From Candidatus Velthaea sp. (GTDB lineage Bacteria > Vulcanimicrobiota > Vulcanimicrobiia > Vulcanimicrobiales > Vulcanimicrobiaceae): 64,000 nucleotides of DNA. Below, piece after piece: positions 1 through 9,357 of this stretch. The stretch lies in NCBI GenBank assembly GCA_050012475.1, contig JBEKHC010000003.1, positions 1-64,000 of the forward strand, given 5' to 3'. A model generated the notes under the pieces. It was given only the letters and a program-made list of their open reading frames with translations. It had not been told where the DNA came from and made no database searches. Every line of letters begins with the position of its first letter. Position 1 is the stretch's first letter. The position numbers and the translations under genes were made by a program.

Positions 1-476
1 AAGGCGACGCCGGCGATCGACAGCGCGGACCAAATCAGGAACCGAGTGGTAAATATAACGTTGCTGAGCCGGTGGCATTTTCTTGGTGATCTTTGCTCGG
101 AACACATACCCCCATACGAGGGTCCATGTACCAAGCAGCAGGCGACATTCGAACCGTAAAGCATCAGGGCGGGCGGCGCTACGGGTTATCGGCAGAAAAC
201 GGCAGAAAAACTACAGTAAATAGGAACAGATTACGCTTCGGTCTGAGCTTTCAGTAGTGCAACAATGAGTTGATGAACAACCCAATGATAAGCAACGATC
301 GCAAAGCGGAGAGTAAATATCCCGAATCGACGCACGGTCCTGACAAGGCTCTGAACAAGGTGCGCTCCGTCGATTTCAGGAGGTCTGATGTCGAGAATCA
401 GCAGCGTAAGCGCAACGGCAAAAACACCGTCGCTCAACGCGGTGAGGCGGCACGGCTCGGGATCGCGCACGGGCAA
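1..476 (-). pseudogene. TMEM175/DUF1211-family K+ channel-like membrane protein, frameshifted; runs off the left edge of the window
   Basis: ORF 231..476 has RLTALSDGVFAVALTLLILDI (family motif RxxxFSDGVFAIAxTLL) and YHWVVH. Family-like sequence resumes after the stop in shifted frames (NLFLFTVVFLPFSA, ALMLYGSN). Confidence 0.75.
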
Positions 477-492
477 GAGTCATATCATCACG

Positions 493-951
493 TTATAGGA
501 TCTCGTAGACATCGTACACCGGTCCGGTCGGGAGACGATGTCCTGTTCCAACCGCGAGAATCCGATTGAGCCAAGAATATTTTTGCGATCCGGTCTCGAA
601 GCGCGGCGCAATGCGGAAGTAATACTCCGACGGATCCACAAGCTCGCCCCGCGCGAGGCGGTCCATCACTTCTGGTGATCCGTGACGGAATCCGCCGTAG
701 CTCAAGAGGATCAAGTGCCCTTCCTCCGTCTCAAGGACTAGTCGAACGTCGGGTATGCTGACTGCGTCGGAACGCACGAGCATGTAGTCTGCCCCGTCCG
801 GTAGCAGTCTCCCGCGGAGTCTGGGACCTTCGAATGTCCCACCGGTGATCGGGAAGATCCGTCGGAAGCCCAGTGGAGTGGATGCCATCTCGATCGGCGC
901 CCCCACGCTTCCGGTGAGGGTAAAAAGAAACTCTGATCGCAGTGGAATCAT
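493..951 (-). CDS. DUF3237 domain protein
   Basis: G.RRIFPITGGTFEGPRLRG, GADY, YYFRIAPRFETG and YSWLNR motifs. Start placed at MIPLRSEF behind GAAGG. Confidence 0.9.
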   Translation of the reverse strand: MIPLRSEFLFTLTGSVGAPIEMASTPLGFRRIFPITGGTFEGPRLRGRLLPDGADYMLVRSDAVSIPDVRLVLETEEGHLILLSYGGFRHGSPEVMDRLARGELVDPSEYYFRIAPRFETGSQKYSWLNRILAVGTGHRLPTGPVYDVYEIL

Positions 952-1734
952 TGCACGATTTCCTTCACTCCTGAAGCTGCGGTGGCCGACGTCTCGACGC
1001 ACTCGAAACAGAAATCCGGTCCACTGTCGATCGAGTTGAGGCGTCGCTGCATGCCCGGGTCTAGGTGCCTACAGTCTCCTGGCTAGCGATCACAGAAGGC
1101 ACCGCGGCCGGCGCTCGCGCATCGACGGTCCGACGGATTTCGGCTCATGCCCCGAAGACTGCACCGTGATCATGGCAGTGTGATACGCCGGTGAAATACG
1201 CATCCTGCACGCTCATCGCTTCTGCCTCCGGACCTCAATATATCGCTACGCTTCCTGATCCGGTATCGTTAAATCCAAGGAATACTGGACGTTTTGCGGA
1301 CCCGGTCGATATGTTCGGGCACTACGGCCAATCCCGCATGCCGGCGCGGCACATTTGCCGTCGCGGCGAACGGTAGCGACGAGAGGCAGAAGTCCAACGG
1401 CAAACCTGGCCCGGCCGTAGCTCACCTTGAACGTGACGTCGTCGACTCGTATCCATACAACGTTGAACGATCGAGCGGGCGGAAGCTAATGGATCAATTC
1501 GTTCCGGCCCCATACGGCGCCCCAAGCGTTAGGAAATGAAAGGCTTAAGTACCCGCGCAGACGTGCGACCGCCCCCGCCCCGGTTCGTGAACCGACATGG
1601 ATGTCGGTCTTTCCGAGCAACTCGTTTTCAGTCGAACAGCCCGTATCGAGTTGTACGGGACTTGATGACGCCGATGGAAGGCGCTCCCAATCCACGAAAC
1701 GGTGCGCGCGAGGGGGTACCGGACGTTACGATCC

Positions 1735-1780
1735 ATCCACCGATTTCACGATACCGACGTTCGCTCCCCTGAGCTAAGCT
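1735..1780 (+). promoter_or_regulatory. Conserved regulon motif copy 1
   Basis: ATCCaccgaTTTCACG, then 24 nt, then TAAGCT; upstream of ORF 1866. Confidence 0.65.
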
Positions 1781-1865
1781 CTCAAATACGCTGGGGTCTG
1801 GGCCCCGCGGCCGACATGCGATTCTCTGCTCATGTTCGTCTTTCTCTCACGTTTAAGGACACGCC

Positions 1866-2054
1866 ATGTTGCAACCCGGAGACCGAGTGTCTATCGACTG
1901 GATCGGCGAGGAAGGTTTCGTCACCGAGGTGCACACGCACGACGTCATCGTGCGTGTGTGTGTGCCGGGCGGACACGACGAGCGCAGCTACGCGCACGAA
2001 AGCCTTCGGCTTGTACCAGCGACGGCTGCACCATCGCATTTGTACGCGCACTGA
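1866..2054 (+). CDS. Small hypothetical protein (62 aa, SH3/KOW-like beta pattern)
   Basis: AAGGA RBS before ATG; LQPGDRV...EEGFVTEV pattern typical of small beta-barrels; preceded by the regulon motif. Confidence 0.6.
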   Translation: MLQPGDRVSIDWIGEEGFVTEVHTHDVIVRVCVPGGHDERSYAHESLRLVPATAAPSHLYAH

Positions 2055-2120
2055 TCTTGCCGAGGCGCAGTTCCACCGAACTCCACGAGATGATTCGGTC
2101 GTTCTGGGGCGCACTGCGAG

Positions 2121-2384
2121 TTAACCGAACTCTCCTTTGATGTATTGTTGCGTTTCTATCTCCTTGGGGTCGCGGAATATCTGGTTGGAATCGCCGAACT
2201 CCAACAAGTAACCCGTCCGGGCTCCATCCGAAGTATCGACGTATAAAAAGCCCGTCTTGTCGGCCACCCGCTGGGGCTGCTGGAGATTGTGAGTCACGAT
2301 GGCGATCGTGAACCGCGTCTTGAGTTGCTTCATGAGTTCCTCGATCTACCGCGTCGCGACCGGATCGAGCGCGGAGCAAGGTTC
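2121..2384 (-). pseudogene. pstB: Phosphate ABC transporter ATPase, 3' remnant
   Basis: [21 protein letters not shown]...IVTHNLQQ...YIKGEFG with an in-frame TAG at 2346-2348; N-terminal two-thirds absent. Confidence 0.9.
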
Positions 2385-2517
2385 CGCTCTCTGGTCCGGC
2401 GGACACGGTACCGAAGTGGTCATCCGCTCGACTCATCGGTCAAGACGCGCCGGCCCGCGGCCCAAAGGGTTCAAGCGATCGAAGAGGTAGCGACATCCCG
2501 TTCACGCTGGAGCGCGG

Positions 2518-3711
2518 CTAGACGCCAAGCCAGGCGCGCAGCGCCTCGTCCGTCGGATCTTGGTCGTAAGGAATCTCGATGAGCTGCACGCCGTTATTGC
2601 GGCAAAGCTTGCGCTTGCACGCGTCGCGCTCCTGGCTCTTGCGGAAAGCCGCTTCGCCCCCGAAGAAATCGATTGCGCGGTAGTGCTGGACCCGCTGGTA
2701 CTCGAACCCGATAGCAAGATCCGGAACGTAGATATCGAGATGCTGACGACCTAGCCACCTGAACTGCGCGCCGTGCTGAACTTCCCGAGGAGACGCGAGG
2801 CGCTTCACGCGATAGAGCAACTCGGTTTCCGATATCCACCCCTCGCCGATCTTCGGCAACCCGAGGTCCGAGCGAACACGGTTCTCCGCGCGACGGACTA
2901 TGGCTTGAAGCAGCGTGTTGAAATCGGGAGTCGCGTCAAGGAGTTCGAGATATCTCAGGGTGTTGGGCCACTTCGATCTCTCGCTGCGAACGCGCGAAGC
3001 AAAGAGATCGCCCGGCAGATATGCGTCGATGCCCGCTATTTCCGCGCGCCCAGCCGAACGCTTCGGCATGGACGGCGACTCCAGCTCGGTTTGCAGCCGC
3101 TGCCTTCGCGCCTTCATGCGAACCCCCATCCAATCCGGGCCGTCGTTGACAATCTCGCGGAAACGTTCTCGACGGTCGTACCACAGCACGTTGACGCCCC
3201 GCGCATCAGCCCAGAAGCCGTTCGGGTCGTAGAACATGATTCGGTCTCGGTGATGATGGTCGTGGATGAGGTCGAGACGCGATGCGTGCGCGAGCTGCTC
3301 GAAATCCTGCTTCTCGCGACCGACGCGCGCGAGGAGGCCGCGGCATTCGCCGCTCTGCGCGATGGCCTCGATGATGAGCGACGCGTGCTCAGTGTAAAAG
3401 CGTGTGCGGGGGAGCATGAACAGCCGGGGCGATTCGTAAAGCTCCCACGGCTCGATATCCGACTGCGTGGCAAAGGCAAGGTTGAGGTGAGCGTTAAATT
3501 GGTGGCTTCCCAGGGACGCCGTGCCTGTCAGTGCGCGCGCGCGCAAGCGCTCGAGGAGCGCTTTGAGCGGCTCTCGACTTACGGCAAAGCCGGTCCGCGG
3601 AGCAGCGGGTTCGAGCGGTTTCATCCGGTAAGCCGCTTGTATAAGGAAGCGTTTAGCGTCGGATGACCGGGGATGCGATTGAGCGAAACGCTCGAGCAGA
3701 CCGCAGACCAC
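2518..3711 (-). CDS. Hypothetical protein with C-terminal PD-(D/E)XK-like (Vsr/DUF559-like) endonuclease domain
   Basis: C-terminus GEGWISETEL...WLGRQHLDIYVPDLAIGFEYQ..QHY..IDFFGG...ERD..KR..C..NG..LIEIPY. Confidence 0.7.
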   Translation of the reverse strand: MVCGLLERFAQSHPRSSDAKRFLIQAAYRMKPLEPAAPRTGFAVSREPLKALLERLRARALTGTASLGSHQFNAHLNLAFATQSDIEPWELYESPRLFMLPRTRFYTEHASLIIEAIAQSGECRGLLARVGREKQDFEQLAHASRLDLIHDHHHRDRIMFYDPNGFWADARGVNVLWYDRRERFREIVNDGPDWMGVRMKARRQRLQTELESPSMPKRSAGRAEIAGIDAYLPGDLFASRVRSERSKWPNTLRYLELLDATPDFNTLLQAIVRRAENRVRSDLGLPKIGEGWISETELLYRVKRLASPREVQHGAQFRWLGRQHLDIYVPDLAIGFEYQRVQHYRAIDFFGGEAAFRKSQERDACKRKLCRNNGVQLIEIPYDQDPTDEALRAWLGV

Positions 3712-3851
3712 CCGTTGATCGGTCGGCGCCTCAGACCTGCAGCGGCTCGCGCCCCAGGCTTTGGGCGTACGCTGTAAACTGCCGCCAGCCCGCCTTGTGG
3801 CCCAAGGCCGCTAAAAACGTCGGCGCCGCGCGTCACGTATCTGCGAAAGCA

Positions 3852-3877
3852 GAACGCTCGCCATAAGGCGAGCGTTC
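3852..3877. terminator. Perfect 11-bp hairpin, possible terminator
   Basis: GAACGCTCGCC-ataa-GGCGAGCGTTC; only a weak U tract on the minus strand. Confidence 0.45.
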
Positions 3878-4353
3878 GCGAAAGCCTCCTCCAAAAGTCA
3901 GGCACAGGATGAGGACCAGCACAGGATCTACGAACATTTCCGAGACTTCGAGCCATTCTTTAGAATGGGCGAACCTACTTATGAACGTGGCTTTCTGTTC
4001 GGCTGGGCTGTCTTCTGCTTTATGGTATCTGACATTTGCATCACTTCCTTTCGGTTGCTAGCTGGTGCCTCACCATAGACCTTCGTTTTGGACACGCCGT
4101 GGACCACGGTATCGCTACCGTGATCAAACTTGAACGGGATGCGAGGACCGCGACGTGCCACCCGTCCTGATAGCTTACACCGTTTCTGCAAATGGTCGCA
4201 AGCCGGCTGGAGGTCGTCCGGGTCGGCGGAAAGCGCGTTGCCTGTGGTGTTGATAACTACCACTTCTCGACATCAAATGTTGCTGACGTCAGGACAAGGT
4301 GTCTTCGAGGAAAGCGCAGGCGGGCCCGATATCGGCTCGCCGAAGGTGATAAG

Positions 4354-4515
4354 ATGTCCGTATGTATGCACGACCTGCAGCGCCACCAATTCTCCGAGGG
4401 GCTCAGAGTCGACATCGTAGAGGGTGCCACCGACGCCGACCGCGGCGACTTGGTCGACCTCAACGACGTGATCCGCGAGTTTCGTGACGAGAACGCCACG
4501 ATCGCCAAAATCTGA
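4354..4515 (+). pseudogene. ParD-like antitoxin C-terminal remnant
   Basis: LRVDIVEGATDADRGDLVDLNDV directly abuts the parE-like gene; no N-terminal DNA-binding domain. Confidence 0.45.
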
Positions 4516-4763
4516 TTGGCGCGAGTCCGGCTCGCCCGCAGTGCCTGGCGCGATCTCAAGCTGATCCGGAGTTATATCGCCGCGGACAGCCCCGACCGCG
4601 CGGCGGCAATGATCGACTGCATCCTCGATCGCTGCGCACTCCCCGGCGCTATGCCCGCGCAGGGTCGAATTCGCGAAGACCTCGATGTGTCATTCGCGCT
4701 GCGATCAGTACCAGTTTATCCGTATTCGTTTTCTATCGCATCGCTGCGGGGTCGTCTATTTAA
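4516..4763 (+). pseudogene. RelE/ParE-family toxin, frameshifted
   Basis: MARVRLARSAWRDL..I..YIAADSP..A...GRIREDL. The family motif VFYRI lies in a shifted frame from 4728, consistent with a 1-nt deletion after PY. Confidence 0.75.
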
Positions 4764-5178
4764 AGCTGCGCGTGTCATTCCGCATGATTCGATAGCCCAT
4801 GGCCCAAGTGCCCAGTACGAACTGGAAGCTGAATGCCAGTGAGACGACCCCGACGAGGTAGCCGCGAAGGCTCTCGCGCAACACGTCGTCAACCCATGCA
4901 AGCGGATCCGCACAAGCAGGTTCTGCCACTGCCTGCCGTTCGTAGCGCAGTCCACCGGCCTGCGTGCAAGCCGTTATGCGCGGAACTCCCTCGACGCGAA
5001 GCAGCTTACACGCCTCGACGATCACGCGGGTGACTTCGTTCGCGTGCGCTCGCTCGTTCGCCGGCTTTCCATCGGGATGATTCAAGCGGATCAGTTCTCG
5101 AAAGCGCGAACGCACCTGGTCCGGAGTCGCCTTTGACGCGTCGAGCCCCAGGGCGCCGTACGCTTCCGCGATGGTCAC
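4756..5178 (-). CDS. J-domain (DnaJ-like) protein with hydrophobic C-terminus
   Basis: EAYGALGL...QVRSRFRELIRLNHPD with the HPD motif intact. Confidence 0.75.
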   Translation of the reverse strand: MTIAEAYGALGLDASKATPDQVRSRFRELIRLNHPDGKPANERAHANEVTRVIVEACKLLRVEGVPRITACTQAGGLRYERQAVAEPACADPLAWVDDVLRESLRGYLVGVVSLAFSFQFVLGTWAMGYRIMRNDTRSFK

Positions 5179-5924
5179 TGCGGAACCACTGCAGCGCGAT
5201 CGCTTTCAGTCGTGCATACTCGTCGAAGGGATTGTACTGTCCCGTACGGCTGCGGAGCCGCCGTTGAGCGGCAGCAGTTCGAGGCCCGTCCGCGAGAATC
5301 GGCCATCGTCGACGCAGGCAAACCACCGGTGGATGTACCCATCTGCGCGACGTTATCCGAGCCCGGCGAAGAAGTCAGGAAGAAGCCGCCATCTCGTCTA
5401 CACAGGTTCTTCAACAAACGTTCTCAGGTTCACCGGCCCCAGGCACTGGCTCATCTCCCGGTCGCAGCTCGGGATCATCGCCGCCGCAGCACCATTTGCT
5501 CGAAACGATCGTGAGCGCCGGCCGCTGTCGCGGCGAACGAGGGCACTGCACGAAAAAGTTCAGGAGCCTTGCTCCCGGAGATTCATCGCCGGGAAGGTGA
5601 ATCATAGCAACGACCCTTCAACGAATCGCTGCGTTCGGGTGACTGCGGGCTAAGTCTTGATCTACTTGAAGCGTCATTCTTAGATGGCAGTACCACCTTG
5701 CCGAGGGACGTCATTACGCACGAGACCCCGCACACTGGGCTGGTCAAACAGGACGGAAGCCAGGTGCTGATGGCGGCATTGTCAAGCCATTTGTAACTGT
5801 GACAAAATCGTTCGAACTGCCGCGGATCAGTCGCGCGCAAACCCGCGGAAAACTGGGCTGTCTTCCGGCAGTGTTTGCACTAGAACACGAGGACCCCAAC
5901 AAAGAACCCGTTGGAGAACAACAC

Positions 5925-8555
5925 ATGAAGCTCATACCAGTGCTTCGGCTCGCGGTTTGTCTGGCGGCGAGCCTTTGGGCTCGAACCGCCGTGGCCCAGA
6001 CGACCGGAACGGCCCCCAACTGCTGCGGATTGCCTCCGATTCATGATTCGGCGCAGAAATCGATGGTAGGAACGGCGGTGAATTCCCCTAGTTCCTCGAT
6101 TTACTTCACCGGCTATGAGGGCAATGTGTCCGAGATCTATTATCCGACCGTTGACACCCTAGCTACGGCGAATATGGAATTTCTGGTGGGTGACGCCGCC
6201 AAGACCTTCGTTGACGAAGAGAAGCTGCAGAGCTGGACGGTCACTCAACCCGACCCCAAATCCATGCGTTGGCAGGCAGTGACTGGTAATGCTGCCCATA
6301 ATTGGCAGATCACCAAGATGGTCTTCGCCGATCCGTCGAACAGCACACTGATTCAGCAGACCACTTTTCAGGCGCTGAGCGGTAAGACCGTCGGGGATTT
6401 CAATCTCTATCTTCTGTATAAACCCTACCTGAAGAACGTTGCGGCGAACAACAGCGGTTCAACAGTGGCGTCCGGCGGCAATACCTACCTGGTCGCCAGC
6501 AGCAACGACGGTAGCGAATACTCTGCCTTGCGCGCTTCGCTCGGCTGGACCGTTGAAAACAGCGTCGCCATGGTGTCAAGCGGTTACTACGGGGTGAATG
6601 ACGGCTGGCAGGATCTGATGATCAATAATCCTGTGCCCTACACGATGCGGTGGGCCTATAACTCGGCGCCCAATGGTAACGTCGCCCAAATGGGTTGGCT
6701 CAACACCGCCGGTAATTCGGCGACCAGCCTCACCTTCACCGTGGCGGTGGGCTTTGGCTCGACGCAGGCCAACGCGATCGCCGCGGCAAGCAACACGCTA
6801 GGCGAGAATATCGCAACCCAGCAGACCAGCTATGACAACGCTTGGCACAGCTATAACAGCGGTCTCAGCACTCAGAACGGCACCGCCGACAATCAGTATT
6901 ATCTGTCGGCGATGACGCTGAAGACGATGCAGGACAAGATCTATGGCGCGATGATCGCTGGGATCGGCACGCCCTGGGGGCCCAGTGAAGGCGACAACGA
7001 TACAACTGGCTACCACGTGGTCTGGTCGCGCGACATGTTCAAGTTCGCCAATGCCTTGATCACCGCTGGAGACTCCGCCTCGGCCACGAATGCGGTGAAC
7101 TGGCTGTTCAATGTCGACATGAACACGTCCACCGGCCGTTTCCCGCAAAACGCCTATGTGACCGGGACGCCCAACTGGAACGCCACGCAAATGGACGAAC
7201 AGGCGATGCCGATCATGCTGGCCTACCGCCTAGGGCCGTCGGTCTACAACTCGTTGTGGCCGAAGATCAAACTAACCGCCAACTACATCTACAGCAACGG
7301 TCCGTGGACACAGCAGGAACGCTGGGAAGAAAATAGCGGCTATTCACCCTCGACCATCGCCGCCGAGATCGGCGGGTTGGTCGACGCCGCCCAGATCGCG
7401 CTGGCCAACAACGACACGGCCGATGCGGCGAACTGGCTGAATGCCGCCGACTACTGGCAGCAGAACGTCACCGCCTGGACTTACACCACCCAGGGCTGCC
7501 CGAACCTCAAGATCAATTGCAACACTACGAGCATGTATATTCGGATCAACACCTCGGGTGCGCAGGGCGGCGGCCAACCCGGAGGCTGGAATCCGAGTGC
7601 CAATCCCAATCCGAATATGTCCATCGGCATCGGCAATAACGGCGGGAACCATCGGGCGATCGACATTATTGACGGCGGTTTCCTCGAACTGGTCCGCATG
7701 GGGGTGAAACGGCCGAACGACCCGACCATCACCAGCAGCCTCGTCTCCTATGACGGAGTCATCGAGCAGACGATCGTTAGCAGTGAATCTCCCGCCTGGT
7801 TTCGTTATAACTTCGACGGCTATGGCGAAACCAACGCAGGCGGTCCCTACAACGGTTCTTCCGGGCGCGGCAGATTGTGGCCGATCTTCGAGGCCGAACG
7901 CGGCAATTATCAAATCGCCGCAACGGGAACCGGCAGTGCCGGCTCGACCTATCTAGCCGCGCTGAAGGCCTTCTCTACCTCCCAGGGCTTCATCTCCGAG
8001 CAGATTTGGAATCCGAGCACCACTCTTCCGGGCGACACGGACGATTCTTCCGGCTGGACCGTGACCACGCCAGCCACCTCCACCCCTGGCACCATCACCG
8101 GTTCGATGGAGCCGCTCAACTGGGCGCAGGGCGAATACATTACTTTGCTGGCCGATATCGGCGCCGGCCGTGTGGTCGACATCCCCCCGGCGGTCTGCTC
8201 GCGCTACTATGCCTGCATCCTAACGCCCGGGTCCGGCCAGGTGCAAGTCAATATCAATGTCAATGCCAGCACCCAATTTGGCCAATACATGTATGTCACG
8301 GGTAACATTGGGGCACTCGGCAATTGGAACACCAATCTCGGCCTTCCGGTTGATTCGTCGACCTATCCGATCTGGAAGAACGCCGTCAATCTGCCGGCAA
8401 GCAGTTCATTGCAGTACAAATATTACCGAAAGAACTCGGACGGCAGCGTTACCTGGGAATGCTACCCGGGCAATGGCAATTGCAACGCCAATCGGTCGCT
8501 GACCGTGGCACCTTCCGGGACGGTCACTCTAAACGACACGGTCAGCTGGAACTGA
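5925..8555 (+). CDS. Secreted glucoamylase/glucodextranase (GH15) with C-terminal CBM20 starch-binding domain
   Basis: GGAG RBS, signal peptide MKLIPVLRLAVCLAASLWARTAVA, GYHVVWSRD, QMDE, QERWEE, GRGRLWP, PLNWAQGEY; CBM20 motifs YVTGNIGALGNW and YKY...VTWE. Confidence 0.92.
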   Translation: MKLIPVLRLAVCLAASLWARTAVAQTTGTAPNCCGLPPIHDSAQKSMVGTAVNSPSSSIYFTGYEGNVSEIYYPTVDTLATANMEFLVGDAAKTFVDEEKLQSWTVTQPDPKSMRWQAVTGNAAHNWQITKMVFADPSNSTLIQQTTFQALSGKTVGDFNLYLLYKPYLKNVAANNSGSTVASGGNTYLVASSNDGSEYSALRASLGWTVENSVAMVSSGYYGVNDGWQDLMINNPVPYTMRWAYNSAPNGNVAQMGWLNTAGNSATSLTFTVAVGFGSTQANAIAAASNTLGENIATQQTSYDNAWHSYNSGLSTQNGTADNQYYLSAMTLKTMQDKIYGAMIAGIGTPWGPSEGDNDTTGYHVVWSRDMFKFANALITAGDSASATNAVNWLFNVDMNTSTGRFPQNAYVTGTPNWNATQMDEQAMPIMLAYRLGPSVYNSLWPKIKLTANYIYSNGPWTQQERWEENSGYSPSTIAAEIGGLVDAAQIALANNDTADAANWLNAADYWQQNVTAWTYTTQGCPNLKINCNTTSMYIRINTSGAQGGGQPGGWNPSANPNPNMSIGIGNNGGNHRAIDIIDGGFLELVRMGVKRPNDPTITSSLVSYDGVIEQTIVSSESPAWFRYNFDGYGETNAGGPYNGSSGRGRLWPIFEAERGNYQIAATGTGSAGSTYLAALKAFSTSQGFISEQIWNPSTTLPGDTDDSSGWTVTTPATSTPGTITGSMEPLNWAQGEYITLLADIGAGRVVDIPPAVCSRYYACILTPGSGQVQVNINVNASTQFGQYMYVTGNIGALGNWNTNLGLPVDSSTYPIWKNAVNLPASSSLQYKYYRKNSDGSVTWECYPGNGNCNANRSLTVAPSGTVTLNDTVSWN

Positions 8556-8784
8556 GTGGTTACGGCGCAAGTCCTAAAGCGGGGTCTGTCGCAAAGTGCA
8601 AGCGGGATTATGTAGTTCCTTCTCCTGCGGCGAGGCCGGGGCTTATGAGCGCGCACGCCGCACTCATAGCGCTTGATCCAAACATGCGTGACGAGCGAAT
8701 AGTATCGCGTGTTGCGCGCTACAGGCTATGACAAGTCGGGCTGATTACCGCTGCAACGATCATCGCCGAGCTCGGCGGGTCCGC

Positions 8785-9357
8785 TTAGTTCGAGGACACG
8801 TGGTCGGCGGGCCCTTTGCGATGCTTGACTCCTACGACGGACGGTTCCGCGGACGCATGCTTGACGTCGTCCACAACTTCGCTTACGGTTTGAACAAATG
8901 GCTGCTTGAGATCGCCGACCGATTCAACAGCCACCTCTCTGACTTTGTTCGCGGTCGAAACAGACAACTGCTTGAGGTCCCCGGCCAACTCCGCAGATGT
9001 GTCTTTGGCTTGGTCCACGGCTGAAATAATGGACGTCAAAGATTGGCGGTACAGCTCGAGGTTTGCGTCTTGCAGCTTTTCAACTTCAACAAGACACTTC
9101 TTGGAAAAATCAGCTGTCCTTTGAACGCGCGAGCAGAGCTCGACAACCGTGATGTCAGTGAGCTCGCCAGCGCGAGCGAAGGGCTCTCGCAGGGCCGACC
9201 CATTCGAATTCGTGGGATACGGCCGCGAGGCGACGTCGAAAACGGACTTCCAATAGCCGATCCTCGCCCGAATAGCGGAAGCGACGGTATCGAGAAGTAG
9301 TTCGTAGACCTCATTCGACAGCTCGATATACTTGGCACTACTACCTTGCATGCTCAT
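8785..9357 (-). CDS. Hypothetical all-helical protein (phasin/apolipoprotein-like)
   Basis: AGGAG RBS before MSMQG; amphipathic helices with repeated GDLKQ segments. Confidence 0.6.
   Translation of the reverse strand: MSMQGSSAKYIELSNEVYELLLDTVASAIRARIGYWKSVFDVASRPYPTNSNGSALREPFARAGELTDITVVELCSRVQRTADFSKKCLVEVEKLQDANLELYRQSLTSIISAVDQAKDTSAELAGDLKQLSVSTANKVREVAVESVGDLKQPFVQTVSEVVDDVKHASAEPSVVGVKHRKGPADHVSSN

Noticed and set aside
1240..1700. Minus-strand frame that could be joined across a TAG at 1486
   Set aside because: No recognisable homology or RBS; cannot support a gene or readthrough.
5175..5653. Several overlapping short ORFs upstream of the J-domain gene
   Set aside because: No consistent frame, RBS or recognisable domain.
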